From Octopus vulgaris (lineage: Eukaryota): a stretch of 64,000 bases of DNA. Shown piece by piece: positions 28,908 through 41,086 of this stretch (position 1 is its first letter; every line of letters starts with the position of its first letter). A program made the position numbers and the translations under genes. Below the pieces are notes generated by a model. The model did no database searches. It was given only the letters and a program-made list of their open reading frames with translations, and had not been told where the DNA came from. The stretch covers positions 5,890,001-5,954,000 of the forward strand of contig OX597831.1 in NCBI GenBank assembly GCA_951406725.2. Reading direction: 5' to 3'.

Positions 28908-29308
28908 AGTGGCTGTGTGGTAAGTAGCTTGCTAACCAACCACATGGTTCCGGGTTCAGTCCCACTGCGTGGCATCTTGGGCAAGTGTCTTCTGCTATAG
29001 CCCCGGGCCGACCAATGCCTTGTGAGTGGATTTGGTAGACGGAAACTGAAAGAAGCCTGTCGTATATATGTATTTATATATGTATGTGTGTATATGTTTG
29101 TGTGTCTGTATTTGTTCCCCTAGTATTGCTTGACAACCGATGCTGGTGTGTTTACGTCCCCGTCACTTAGCGGTTCGGCAACAGAGACCGATAGAATAAG
29201 TACTGGGCTTACAAAGAATAAGTCCCGGGGTCGATTTGCTCGACTAAAGGCGGTGCTCCAGCATAGCCGCAGTCAAATGACTGAAACAAGTAAAAGAGTA
29301 AAAGAGAG
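28908..29308 (+). mobile_element. SINE family B
   Basis: Near full-length copy. Confidence 0.88.
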
Positions 29309-29656
29309 AGATGTTTGTTCCTTCTCGAGCCACACCTGGCTAATTAGGGCCGGCTTCCCGGTTTCCTTGGCGTATAGGTTCCCCACCTGGACAGGATGCT
29401 GGTCCATCACAGGTGAGCTGCAAGATGCAGGAGGAAAGAGTGATAGAAAGTTGTGTCGAAAGAGTCAGCAGAAGTTCGCCATTACCTTCTGCCGGAGCCA
29501 TATGGAGCTTAGGTGTTTCGCTCATAAACACACACTACGCCCGGTCTGAGATTCGAAACCGCGATCCCTCGACCGCGAGTCCGCTGCTCTAACCACTAGG
29601 CCATGTGCCACCACTGAAACAGATGAAGTGTATTTTTATTTTAATAAAAATACACT

Positions 29657-29687
<31 letters not shown>

Positions 29688-30666
29688 TGGCGGGGGGTGA
29701 GAGAACGAATCAATCACTAACTACTCAACATGTTTCTTTATCGAAAGAAAGCCATGAGAAACAGAATTGGAGTTTTGGTTTTAAATGTCCATGTTTACTA
29801 CAAGGCTTCCCCTACAGGCTCTAGAAAGTATCTACTACTTCTTTCCTTATTTCCTTTCGAATTACATAATTAGTCCAAAATTAATTATATGCCAACATAT
29901 TTTTTTTTTTAAGCCACTGTAAACTGCCTAGCAGAAAAGCCTTCGAGTGATAAAATAGTAAATTTTAAATTTAAGTCACAATTTTTTTTTATATATATTT
30001 TCAAATGGTGCAATTTTTGTTTTTTAAATGCAATAATTTTAATTTTCAGAAATAATTCTTCTGCGCTAAAATTTAGATTAGTTTCCAAACTTTAGCACAA
30101 AATTAAATTATGGATTCTTGTTCAAATATGCTCGGAGCGTTTTCGTTCTTAAATTCTATTAAATTGTTTTTACACTTTTTATTTTTTTTTTAATTAATAA
30201 TAACTAAAGTTCAAAAATACTGGTCGATGTTGATATGAATTATTAAAACCTAAAATAATAGCTTATACTTTCGAACTGTATTTATTACAACACCATGTTT
30301 CGTTGACGAACTGTGGTGGTGATAGGAGAAGGGGCTTCTACACTCTCTGTCGGACACAGTTTTAATTAGTTGAGAACATTTTTATATTTTATAAATTACC
30401 GTATTTTAAAACAGCGACCTGGCAAAAACAAATGTTTGCAGATTGAACAAAATGTGTTGCAGTGTTTCTTCGGGCGCCACTCTATATTCTGGATCCAAAT
30501 GCTGCTGAGGTAGACTTCGAATTTGCCTTTCATCTTTCTGGGGTCAATGTAATAAGTCCTAGCTGAATAAGTGCTATAGATAGACCTTAGTTAAGTTCCA
30601 GGTTCGGTGATTATGCGAATAAGGGATTCAACGTTGGTCATATGTCAGCGTGTGTATATTAAAAGA

Positions 30667-30908
30667 TTTTTCGTAATGAGATAAAAAAAAACAAACCCAA
30701 GGCGGTGTAGAGTTTAGAACATTTATAGATAGAAGGCCTTACAGCTGTTTCCAGGATATTTATTATATTCCTTCATCTTAACCATCCTCTTACACCATCT
30801 CCGAAGAAGGGATATAATAAATATCCTGGAAACAGCTGTAAGACCTTCTATCTATAAATGTTCTAAAATCAACACAGCCTTGGGTTTTTTTAATCTCATT
30901 ACGAAAAA
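30667..30908. repeat. Palindromic PLE-type insert with degenerate hammerhead at 30798-30843 (+)
   Basis: ~110-bp diverged inverted arms. TCT-CCGAAGA-A-GGGATAT(aataa)ATATCCT-G-GAAAC-AGCT-GTA^AGA, with a U4-to-C core change. Confidence 0.8.
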
Positions 30909-31536
30909 CATTTATATATATATATATACACTAAAGAAAGGAAAATACAACCGAGGTAGAACAAGCTTATCAAAATCATTTAAAATATTCTAATTAATGT
31001 AATGGTGGGTCGAAGTAAGGAAACATAAAAGTAAATAATGTCTTTCGACGGGTTTCTTTCAAGATCCGTGTCTACCAAATCAACTCACAATGCTCTGTTT
31101 GGCCCGAGGCTATAGTAGAAGACACTTGACCAAGATACCACGCAGAAGAATTGAACCTGAAACTGCGTGGTTGAGAAGCAACCTTCTTACTACACAACTA
31201 TGTCATCCTCCATTTTGCATAAAAATAATTTTTTTCTTTAACTTCATCTTTCGAAATTTATATCTATGGCGGTTGTTGTGAAGAAACAGCGTCACAATAC
31301 AAATGTATTCCGCGGAGGAAAGGTTTTCTCTACTCAGTCTTATTTCCATTGTTGCTTTTACTTCAGACAATATAATCTATTTATTCTGGTTTTATTTTCG
31401 TCGTGGTGAAGATTTTAATGAAATATTGCCATCAATAGCAACAATTGCAACGGCGTAGAAGCAAGCAATAACAAAAACTACAGCAGCAACAACAACAATA
31501 ACAACGGCATCAACTACAGCAGAAACAATAGCAACA

Positions 31537-32365
31537 GGTGGCGAGCTGGCAGAATCGTTAGCACGCCGAGCGAAATGCTTAGCGTTATTTCGTCTGCCGC
31601 TACGTTCTGAGTTCAAATTCCCCCGAGGTCGACTTTACCTTTCATCCTTTCGGGGTCGATAAATTAAGTACCAGTTACGCACTGGGGTCGATGTAATCGA
31701 CTTAATCCCTTTCTCTGTCCTGGTTTGTCCCCTCTATGTTTAGCCCCTTGTGGGCAATAAAGAAATAAGAATCGTTAGCTCGGCGGGGCGAAGTGCTTAG
31801 TGGTATTTCATCTGCCTTTATGTTCTGAGTTCAAATTCCGCCGAGGTCGTCTTTGCTTTTCATCCTTTTGGAGTCGATAAATTAAGTACCAGTTGCGTTC
31901 TGGGGTTGATCTAATCGACTGGCCCCCTCCCCAAAAATTTCGGGCCTTGTGCCTAGAGTAAGAAAAGAATCGTTAGAACTCCGGGGCGAAGTGCTTAGCG
32001 GTATTTCGTCTGCCGCTACGTTCTGAGTTCAAATTCCGCCGAGGTCGACTTTCTCTTTCATCCTTTCGGGGTCGATTAAATAAGTACCAGTTACGCACTG
32101 GGGTCGATGTAATCGACTTAATCCGTTTGTCTGTTCTTGTTTGTCCCCTCTGTGTGTAGCCCCTTGTGGGTAGTAAAGAAATAGGTATTTCATCTGCCGC
32201 TACGTTCTGAGTTCAAATTTCGCCGAGGTCGACTTCGCCATTCATCCTTACGGAGGTCGATTAAATAGGTACCAGTTACGCACTGGAGGTCGATGTAATC
32301 GACTTAATCCCTTTGTCTGTCCTTGTTTGTCCCTTCTATGTTTAGCCCCTTGTGGGCAATAAATA
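31537..32365 (+). mobile_element. Tandem array of four SINE family A units
   Basis: Repeated GAGTTCAAATT...GTCGAT...AAGTACCAGTT blocks, flanked by (CAA/CAG)n. Confidence 0.88.
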
Positions 32366-33039
32366 AATAAATAAATAATAGCAACAACTGCAGCAAAAAG
32401 CAGAACAGCTGTAAACGCAGCAGCAACAATGACGAAAGCAATGACAGCAGCAGCAGCAACAACAACAATGATAATAGCAATAACAACATTAACAACAGCA
32501 AAAGACAACGTCAGCTGAGTTAGAAATTTAGAATATTTTGTTCCATTAAATGTGAGATGGAAAAAAATATGTCCCTAAAAAACTAGAAAATATAAAGTTT
32601 CAGGTAAAACTTGCTAACGAAAGTACAAGGCCAGTATTTGGGGTGATGAAAGTGGAATATATTGACCACAGTATTTAACTGGTACTTTATTCTATAGACT
32701 CTGGAAGGACAAACAACAAAGTTGGTTACAGTGAAATTTGAACTCAGAATGTAAAGAACCATAACAAATTACCGCAAGAGATTTTATCTGATGCTCTGCT
32801 AATCTGCCATCTTTTATCTTTCAAATAATTATTTCTTCTATTGGTAGAAGGCCTGATATTATGGAGTAGTGGGGCCAGTCGATTACATCGACCCCAGTGC
32901 TTAACTGGTACTCTTTTTATCGACCCCGAAAGGGTGAAAGGTAAAGTTGACGTCGATGGAATTTGATTGTAAAACCGAAAGAAATGCTAAGCATTTTGTT
33001 TGGCGTACTACCTGAAGATTCTCGGATAAGATTAAGTAC

Positions 33040-33760
33040 GTAAATAGCACCGAAACTATACAGCGTAAGGGCAAGAATGGGGAAAAGATATATATTTTAT
33101 TGTATAACGTAATATTTTCGTTTAGCGGTAAGAAATAATATAGCTAGGGAATTTCTAAATATAACAGACTACAATTTTACACCAGGAACATAAATGTAAG
33201 ATATTAAATAAGGACTATCTTAAGGTTAGCTATCCATTTCGTAAGCAATTTATTGTTATATCACAGGAAATAATGCTGCAAGGTTAAAAATAAAAGAAAA
33301 CTAACCAAACAGTTGGCCAATTTTAATCATGCAACTTTAAAATTCGTGTGAGTTGCCCACCGGACACAAACAGATTGGCAAAATCGATAGTATAGAGCAC
33401 TAAAGTAGAAATAAAGAGGAAAGATTAACCTAAAATATATATCGGAGCAACCAAAGTGACATTCTAAAATCGATTTTATCAGAACAAACATTCATTTGTC
33501 AACGTTACGACTTTGTCGGGATATTTATGGTTCCTACGTGAAACGAGTCTTCTCAAATTCAAAATTATCAGGTTGACGTAGATAAAGCACAACCATACAG
33601 AAACGGCAGCTTCAAATCAAAAATGTGGTTTGACCTTTGAGCGAAATATTTAAGAATTTATTTCAAGGAAGTAACAGCTTGAACAAAAGAACTGAACTGT
33701 TAGCTCTTTGTACGCATGGTGTTAAGCAGTTTTTGTGTAAATACTCTTTCGACTTAGTTC
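33040..33760 (+). mobile_element. Decayed Penelope-like element 3' ORF (GIY-YIG endonuclease), Naiad-clade-like
   Basis: Interrupted translation KILNKDYLKVSY ... SCNFKIRVSCPPDTNRLAKSIV* ... IYIGATKVTF*NRFYQNKHSF ... TLSGYLWFL ... LNKRTELLALCTH follows the CxC-x5-CP / YIG / NHxxSF / LNKRSE..CRH pattern. Confidence 0.7.
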
Positions 33761-34022
33761 GGAGAAAAACATTGATTTCAAAACTTTTAAAAAGGAACAT
33801 GTTTTTAAAGTGTTGCTCAAACATCGCAATTTCAGAATAGAACAGTTTTAGAATGATCTTCCTTACAAGTCGAATGCAACGGTAAATTAGAATGGAAAGA
33901 CGTTCAGAGTATCCCCACGAGAGCCAGAAATGATAAGAAAAGTTTGAGCTTGGAACAGCTACCTTTGCGCGGGTCACACGCACAATTTTTCAAAAAGTAT
34001 AAAAATAGTGTAAAGTATAGAA

Positions 34023-34265
34023 GCCATCTTATCATGGCTAACCACATAGGGGAGGGGGTGTTACTGTAGCTTTATAGCCCCAAGAGATCGTCGTCTCTAG
34101 CTGGCTTTAGACACCATATCAGTGCCCTTGAAGTATTTGCAAAGGGAGGCCATCCCTTCCTCGCAAGCCTGAGTGATACGCTCGGACTAGTTTCGGGATA
34201 TTTGTCCCTTGTCAACGGGCGGTAACCACCAGGATGCGACGAAAGTGAAGACCTCCTTGCAAATA
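34023..34265 (-). mobile_element. PLE pLTR remnant related to the 5770-6186 element, with degenerate hammerhead at 34180-34220
   Basis: Minus strand GCCCG-TTGACAA-GGGA(caaata)TCCC-GAAAC-TA-GTC^CGAGC. Shares the blocks ATGGCTAACC, TACTGTAG, TAGCCCCA and AGCTGGCT.TAGACAC with 5770-5900. Short inverted copy at 34134-34164 / 34235-34265. Confidence 0.7.
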
Positions 34266-34640
34266 TATAAGAGTTTTTCTAGTGGCGTTTGCCACTGATT
34301 TCGAAAAACTGACAGTAAGCATAATTAAATCTCAGAATGAGATTGAAACAGTAATCGCTCGATAATGTAGTGTTTTCTCATTGTTCTTCAAAAATATTTC
34401 AAAATATATTCAAACAATAGCTAATTCTACAGAAAAGAGGCTTGGATTACCATCAGAAATGGGGAAACTCAGAGCCTTTTAGCTGTAATGTATTAAAGAG
34501 AACTCAGCATTTTCACATTGAATTCTGTAACTAATCGCTTCGCTTCGTGGTAAATCAACATACACACACACACACATATATATATATTGAGAAAAAGGGT
34601 AACCAACATTTTCGAAAACAATCTTTTTATTTATTCATTA

Positions 34641-34680
34641 TTAATAGCGCTTTCGTTCGTTTCTCGAACTTGTCAAATAG
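34641..34680 (-). ncRNA. Degenerate minimal hammerhead remnant
   Basis: Minus strand TTGACAA-GTTCG(agaaa)CGAAC-GAAAG-CG-CTA. Stems II and III are intact; the core and stem I are decayed. Lies between microsatellites. Confidence 0.5.
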
Positions 34681-34686
34681 AATTTT

Positions 34687-34774
<88 letters not shown>

Positions 34775-35302
34775 CATACATACATATGTATGTATATATA
34801 TAAATATAAATATAAATATAAATATAAATATATATGTATATGTATATATATGTATGTATATATATATATAGAAGAGAGATCTTCTTTAAGTATTAGAAAT
34901 AGCTGAAGAAATTTCTTTAGCTGCTATTTCTAATGAGTTCAGTATGTGGCAAAGTAATTTATTTTACTAAGCCCTTATATATAATGTAATATTTTGAATT
35001 CGCCTAAAATGGTCCCTTTACATACTGAATACTTGGTGAAATTGATTAATAATTAATTAATTTTACCCTCAATTGTTGAAATTATAATTCATCTCTCTCT
35101 GTTAAATGCTGCGGTTTTCACCGTTAATACATGGTGTTTGTCAATTTTAACCCACGCTGGTGGAAAGGGGAGAGCAGAAATTCTTCGCTTGCATATTCGG
35201 ATTTGATAGCACTTTTAGTTCGAGCAGAATTCTAGAGGTGATGAGAAGCTGAAAGTGTATGCTCCCGACTTTCAGTGTTCCCAAATACGATTCAAGGAAT
35301 TC

Positions 35303-35354
35303 TGAGCTGACGAAAGAAATGTCGAATTGACTAATCTAGAAACGTACGTTCTCA
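35303..35354 (+). ncRNA. Type I hammerhead ribozyme, copy 1
   Basis: TGAG-CTGACGA-AAGA(aatGTCgaattGACtaa)TCTA-GAAAC-GTAC-GTT^CTCA: stem I TGAG/CTCA, intact CUGANGA and GAAA cores, palindromic stem III, GUU cleavage triplet. Confidence 0.8.
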
Positions 35355-35858
35355 AATAACCTTTGCACTTGATTTTTTAATGTTTTTTCCCCCATACCTT
35401 TGTGAGTTGGTCTAGGCAAACACTATCTGAGAGAGATCTTCTTTAAGTATTAGAAATAGCTGAAGAAATTTCTTTAGCTGCTATTTCTAATGAGTTCAGT
35501 ATGTGGCAAAGTAATTTATTTTACTAAGCCCTTATATATAATGTAATATTTTGAATTCGCCTAAAATGGTCCCTTTACTTACTGAATACTTGGTGAAATT
35601 GATTAATAATTAATTAATTTTACCCTCAATTGTTGAAATTATAATTCATCTCTCTCTGTTAAATGCTGCGGTTTTCACCGTTAATACATGGTGTTTGTCA
35701 ATTTTAACCCACGCTGGTGGAAAGGGAGAGCAGAAATTCTTCGCTTGCATATTCGGATTTGATAGCACTTTTAGTTCGAGCAGAATTCTAGAGGTGATGA
35801 GAAGCCGAAAGTGTATGCTCCCGACTTTCAGTGTTCCCAAATACGATTCAAGGAATTC

Positions 35859-35910
35859 TGAGCTGACGAAAGAAATGTCGAATTGACTAATCTAGAAACG
35901 TACGTTCTCA
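35859..35910 (+). ncRNA. Type I hammerhead ribozyme, copy 2
   Basis: Identical to 35303-35354, 556 nt downstream. Confidence 0.8.
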
Positions 35911-36190
35911 AATAACCTTTGCACTTGATTTTTTAATGTTTTTTCCCCATACCTTTGTGAGTTGGTCTAGGCAAACACTATCTGAGAGAGATCTTCTTTA
36001 AGTATTAGAAATAGCTGAAGAAATTTCTTTAGCTGCTATTTCTAATGAGTTCAGTATGTGGCAAAGTAATTTATTTTACTAAGCCCTTATATATAATGTA
36101 ATATTTTGAATTCGCCTAAAATGGTCCCTTTACATACTGAATACTTGGTGAAATTGATTAATAATTAATTAATTTTACCCTCAATTGTTG

Positions 36191-36250
<60 letters not shown>

Positions 36251-36265
36251 CACATATATATATAC

Positions 36266-36445
<180 letters not shown>

Positions 36446-36467
36446 TATAATATAAATATACATATAA

Positions 36468-36515
<48 letters not shown>

Positions 36516-36536
36516 TTATATATAGATATATATATA

Positions 36537-36795
36537 CAAAAGCGGGGCAAAAGTAGGTATACACTAAATGTCACATCAATGTTACAATACTTGATTCATT
36601 AAAATTATTAGCCCATCAAATTAGTTAGCCTCGTTTTTCATATTTCCAGTATCATTAACCATAATAATATATTTATCATAATTATAATAATACTTTTATC
36701 ATAACTTTTAATTTTAATCTTTTTTTGTTGATAAAATAAATGAGTATTGTACGCGTTTTCTTTTTTCATAACTGTATACCTACTTTTGTACCACC

Positions 36796-36798
<3 letters not shown>
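36537..36798. mobile_element. Mariner-type MITE in (TA)n
   Basis: Imperfect TIRs with core CAAAAGTAGGTATACA / TGTATACCTACTTTTG. Confidence 0.7.
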
Positions 36799-36864
<66 letters not shown>

Positions 36865-36945
36865 TATATTACATATATATATTACATATATATATTACAT
36901 ATATATTACATATATATATTACATATATATATTACATATATATAT

Positions 36946-36993
<48 letters not shown>

Positions 36994-37129
36994 TGTACAT
37001 ACATCTACATATATGAACGCGCATCAAGAATGAACTTTCAGCTGCACACACCGACACACATATCTTCGCAACTCTCATTCTTATACAAATGTCTACATTT
37101 GTTTACGAGAAAAAGTGCAATCACGAATA

Positions 37130-37740
37130 AAAGTGGCTGAAATGAGATCCCAGGAAAGGATTTCTGAAATAACGTTACTCGACACAATGCGCAGTTCGGA
37201 GATCGTGAGTCTCTCCAGTTCAAGCCTCTACTTCTCCGCATCGAGGGGTCCCGGTTCAGGTACTCCGGACATGTGATTAGAATATCAAAGGAAAGAAAAG
37301 ATAAACCATGGGAAAGAAAAGGTAGACCAAGGGAAAGAAAAGATAGGCCAAGGGAAAGAAAAGATAGACCAAGGGAAAGAAAAGGTAGACCAAGGGAAAG
37401 AAAAGGTAGACCAAGGGAAAGAAAAGATAGACCAAGGGAAAGAAAAGATAGACCAAGGGAAAGAAAAGGTAGACCAAGGGAAAGAAAAGATAGACCAAGG
37501 GAAAGAAAAGATAGACCAAGGGAAAGAAAAGATAGACCAAGGAAAAGAAAAGATAGACCAAGGGAAAGAAAAGGTAGACCAAGGGACGAGATGGTCTGAT
37601 AATATCCATAGTTTCAATCGATCACGTTTGGAAATCTATCGACAAAGTGTAATGCCGGTTACTTCTGACGGAACCCTGTGTAAGAGGTGGCTGAGGGCTC
37701 TACTCCAACAATCATCTTAAGTATAATGGACCGAGAAAAC
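37130..37740 (+). mobile_element. Decayed RTE LINE 3' fragment with internal 21-bp minisatellite (37310-37584)
   Basis: LLLRIEGSRFRYSGHVIRI ... GRPR/TRWSDNI. About 13 copies of GGGAAAGAAAAG(A/G)TAGACCAA. Confidence 0.7.
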
Positions 37741-38367
37741 GGGTGGGTGGATGGAATTTAGAATAACTCATATTTCACAGTCGAATGTTTGTAAAGTTTA
37801 AAAGAGAGGAGAAAGATGGGGCTGGAATAAAAATAAGGAAACGCGAGGTCTGAAAGGCACAAAAATGAGTTAAGTACAAAATGAATAAAGGAGGACGTTG
37901 ATAATCACTATAGGATGTATCATTGTACCTGTTGATCTAGGGAGATGGCATAGGTATTTGTTCGTATATGATTAATGGAATACAACTTTATATATATTCA
38001 TGCGTACCTATCTAAATGTGTGTGACTGTGTTTGCTAGATTATAGGCAGTACAAATATATGTATGGAACCTACTAATGCACTACTAGCACCTCTCTGTAC
38101 CACAGTACAGACATGCGTGCAGAATAAGTGTGTGTGTGTGTATGTGTGTGTGTGTGTGTGTTAATGATGTGTGTGTGTGTGTATGTGTGTTAATGATGTG
38201 CGTGTGTGTGTTAATGAATTATTTTACAATATTACACAGACTTTTCGGTGAAAATTAGTCTGTCTTCACAGCAAAAATATCGATCTGAACAGTTATTTAT
38301 AGAACAAATATTTGTGGAGAACCAAAATACTTTATAGCCACTATATTTCCATAGCCTCGGCAGTATT

Positions 38368-38439
38368 TCCCATGTGGTCTAGTGGTTAGGATTCCTGGCT
38401 CTCACCCAGGTGGCCCGGGTTCGATTCCCGGCGTGGGAA
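38368..38439 (+). tRNA. tRNA-Glu (anticodon CTC)
   Basis: 72-nt cloverleaf. Acceptor TCCCATG/CGTGGGA, A box TGGTCTAGTGG, anticodon arm CCTGG-CTCTCAC-CCAGG (CTC at 38401-38403), T arm CCGGG-TTCGATT-CCCGG, T-run terminator at ~38450. Confidence 0.95.
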
Positions 38440-38574
38440 CTTATTTAAATTTTTAACTCAACCACCCATTCATTATTTACACACGCGACAGCATATATAA
38501 ATGTATATATTCATATATAGAAAGGGGAGAAAGATATGTGAGGACAACTATCTTTATATTACTCCCTTCGACCA

Positions 38575-39390
38575 ATGAGAAGGTTTTTATTTCGTTCAGA
38601 TCCTTCAAGTTATCACAATTCATCAAAATACTTATCTATGACGATGCCAAAAAGTCATTGAAGGCCATCGCCAAAGAACTTCAAGTATTGGAAAGGACTG
38701 TCAGAACTGTGGTACATTACGACTTTTGATGCAAGTCGTATGCACTGAGTGGAGGACAACTATTTGATCCATGCAGAGCAGTTGCTATCAAGGTTAAAAA
38801 TCATCATGAACATGACACGCTTTGTTGTTTCTCTGATGAAAAAAATGACTTCAACCAAGGCCTAAAGTCAAACAAAAGAAATGACCGTTCATTATGTATA
38901 GATCCTTCTGATATCCCCAGAGTAATGAACACTAAGTTACCATCTGCTGTTACGGCTTTATGAGTAACGAAGGTTATGTCATTCTACATCACATCTTTCC
39001 ACAGGGTCTTAGAATCAATGCTATTGGATACGTTGAGGTATTGGAGGCAGAGCAGTTGGTAGACCCTGGATGGACGAAGTACGCATTGGAAAGCCATACT
39101 TGTTCAACAAGACACAGCAGCTTCCCTTAACCCAAGAATGAATGTGAGGCAATCTTTACGATCATGTGACATCGAACTGGTCGAGTCTAAATTCACCAGA
39201 TTTAAATCCCATGGGCTACTGCTTTCGGAGCGTTGTTGAAAGTGAGACGAATCGACATCCTTACAATACTATAGTTTCACTGACGGCTACCATTGTCCAG
39301 GTGATGTCCGAAATAAATAAATACCATTTAATGCAGGTTTTGCATTGAAGCAGTCATCGAAGCTGAAGGCAAATTCATTGAATAATCTTA
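38575..39390 (+). mobile_element. Decayed Tc1/mariner-superfamily transposase (maT/DD37D-like)
   Basis: Frameshifted motifs SLKAIAKELQVLERTVR (HTH), FSDEK, QQD, W...SPDLNPMGY. Confidence 0.75.
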
Positions 39391-40284
39391 TAAGAAAGTT
39401 CATCGAGAACATGTGCACAATTTTTTATTAAAATACATTTGTTTTTTGCTAGATTTCGGTGGTTTATTAAATTACCAAATATGTTCTCATATATCTCTCG
39501 TTCAGTGCGTACGTGTAAAGTAATAGTGGAAGAGACCTTAGTCTGCGTAACTAAGCAGCTGAAAAAGAAAATTAGATATTTCTACCTTAATTTCGATAGA
39601 AGAAGACTATTATTCAGCTCATTGTATAGGGTTCATTGTTTATTTGGACCGAATTTTTTTTTTGTGTGTGACTCGAATTTCATGAGTGAAAAACATGATT
39701 ATAAACTGTGCCACACACCTACGACAATGATTCCATAAAAATGTTCCCATTCACTGCCAGCAATACAACGTAATTATGCAACAAAGCTATTTACTTAATG
39801 GGAGAAATAAGGAAATATTCTGTTACAGGTTATAGGATAACACACAGGACACACCACTGACCTGGAAACTTTAAAAAACTATTTGACCACAGGAAACAGA
39901 AATATGATGATATGCCAACAGAATAATATTTAGAGACAACGGATAAAGTCAACACTTAGCGCATTGCAGTCACACGCGAGCAAAAGCGAAAAGCAGCACG
40001 ATAGCAGAATAAAATTCAGCGATATCTGACGAGGAACGTATCTTGTATTTTTTGTGCGGTCGCCATGCTGGGGTAAAACCTTGAAAAAAATTTAGTTGAA
40101 GGAATCAACCCCAGTAGTTATTTTTATTTCAGTTTTTATTTATTTATTCATTTATTTTGTAAAGCCTGGTATTTACTCTAACGATTTTTTGCCGAACCGC
40201 TAAGTTACGGGGACGTAAACTCACCAACACCAGTTGTCAAGCGGCGGTGGTAGGCCAACACGGACACAGAGACACACGCTGATT

Positions 40285-40395
<111 letters not shown>

Positions 40396-40438
40396 ATGTA
40401 TGTATGTATGTATGTATGTATGTATGTATGTATGTATG

Positions 40439-41032
40439 TATGCGCTGCCTCCGAAAAATCCTCCGCATCAAATGGCAGAATCATATCCCCAACAAAGATG
40501 TCCTCAGGCAAGCAGGAATACCAAGCATGTTTGCACTCCTCACACAAAGACGTATGAGATGGCTTGGGCATGTTAGCCGTATGAAAGATGGCAGAATCCC
40601 CAAGGACATACTCTACGGAGAGCTTGCTAGGGGTACTAGGTCTGTGGGTAGACCGATCTTACGTTACAAGGATGTTTGCAAAAGGGATATGAAGGCCTGC
40701 AACATCAATATTAGCGGTTGGGAGGCAGTCGCCGGCAACCGTGGAGAATGGCGACGTACAGTAAAAGAGGGAATACAAAAGAGTGACAGAGAGAGAGAGG
40801 AGAAATGGAAAGAAAGGAAGAGACGTAAACAAGAGACTATGGCACTACAACCAGCCAGGAACAGTCTTCGCTACATTTGCGGTACCTGCCAGAGGGAGTG
40901 CTTGTCCAGGATAGGACTACACAGCCACAGCAGGAAATGTATCAGGACATGAAATATAAAAGCCGGACTAAACTACTTCATGCGCAGCTCCATTGTCTCC
41001 CGAGACAGAAAGGATGCCAATACAATACAATA
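40439..41032 (+). mobile_element. RTE-clade (BovB-like) LINE 3' fragment
   Basis: Open frame MRCLRKILRIKWQ...RWLGHVSRMKDGRIPKDILYGEL...GRP.LRYKD...C..C.R.C.SRIGL.SH...C, short 3'UTR and a (CAATA)n tail. Confidence 0.88.
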
Positions 41033-41086
41033 GTTGCAGAAAGGTGGGAATTTCGATTATCCTCATGTGGTTAGTTGTAATAAATA

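Larger units (their letters stand above)
34872..36196 (+). repeat. Tandem array of ~556-bp units (2.4 copies) in (TA)n, each full unit carrying a hammerhead; retrozyme-like or tandem PLE pLTRs
   Basis: GAGAGATCTT unit starts at 34874, 35431 and 35986. Units are near-identical and bounded by (TA)n on both sides. Confidence 0.9.
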
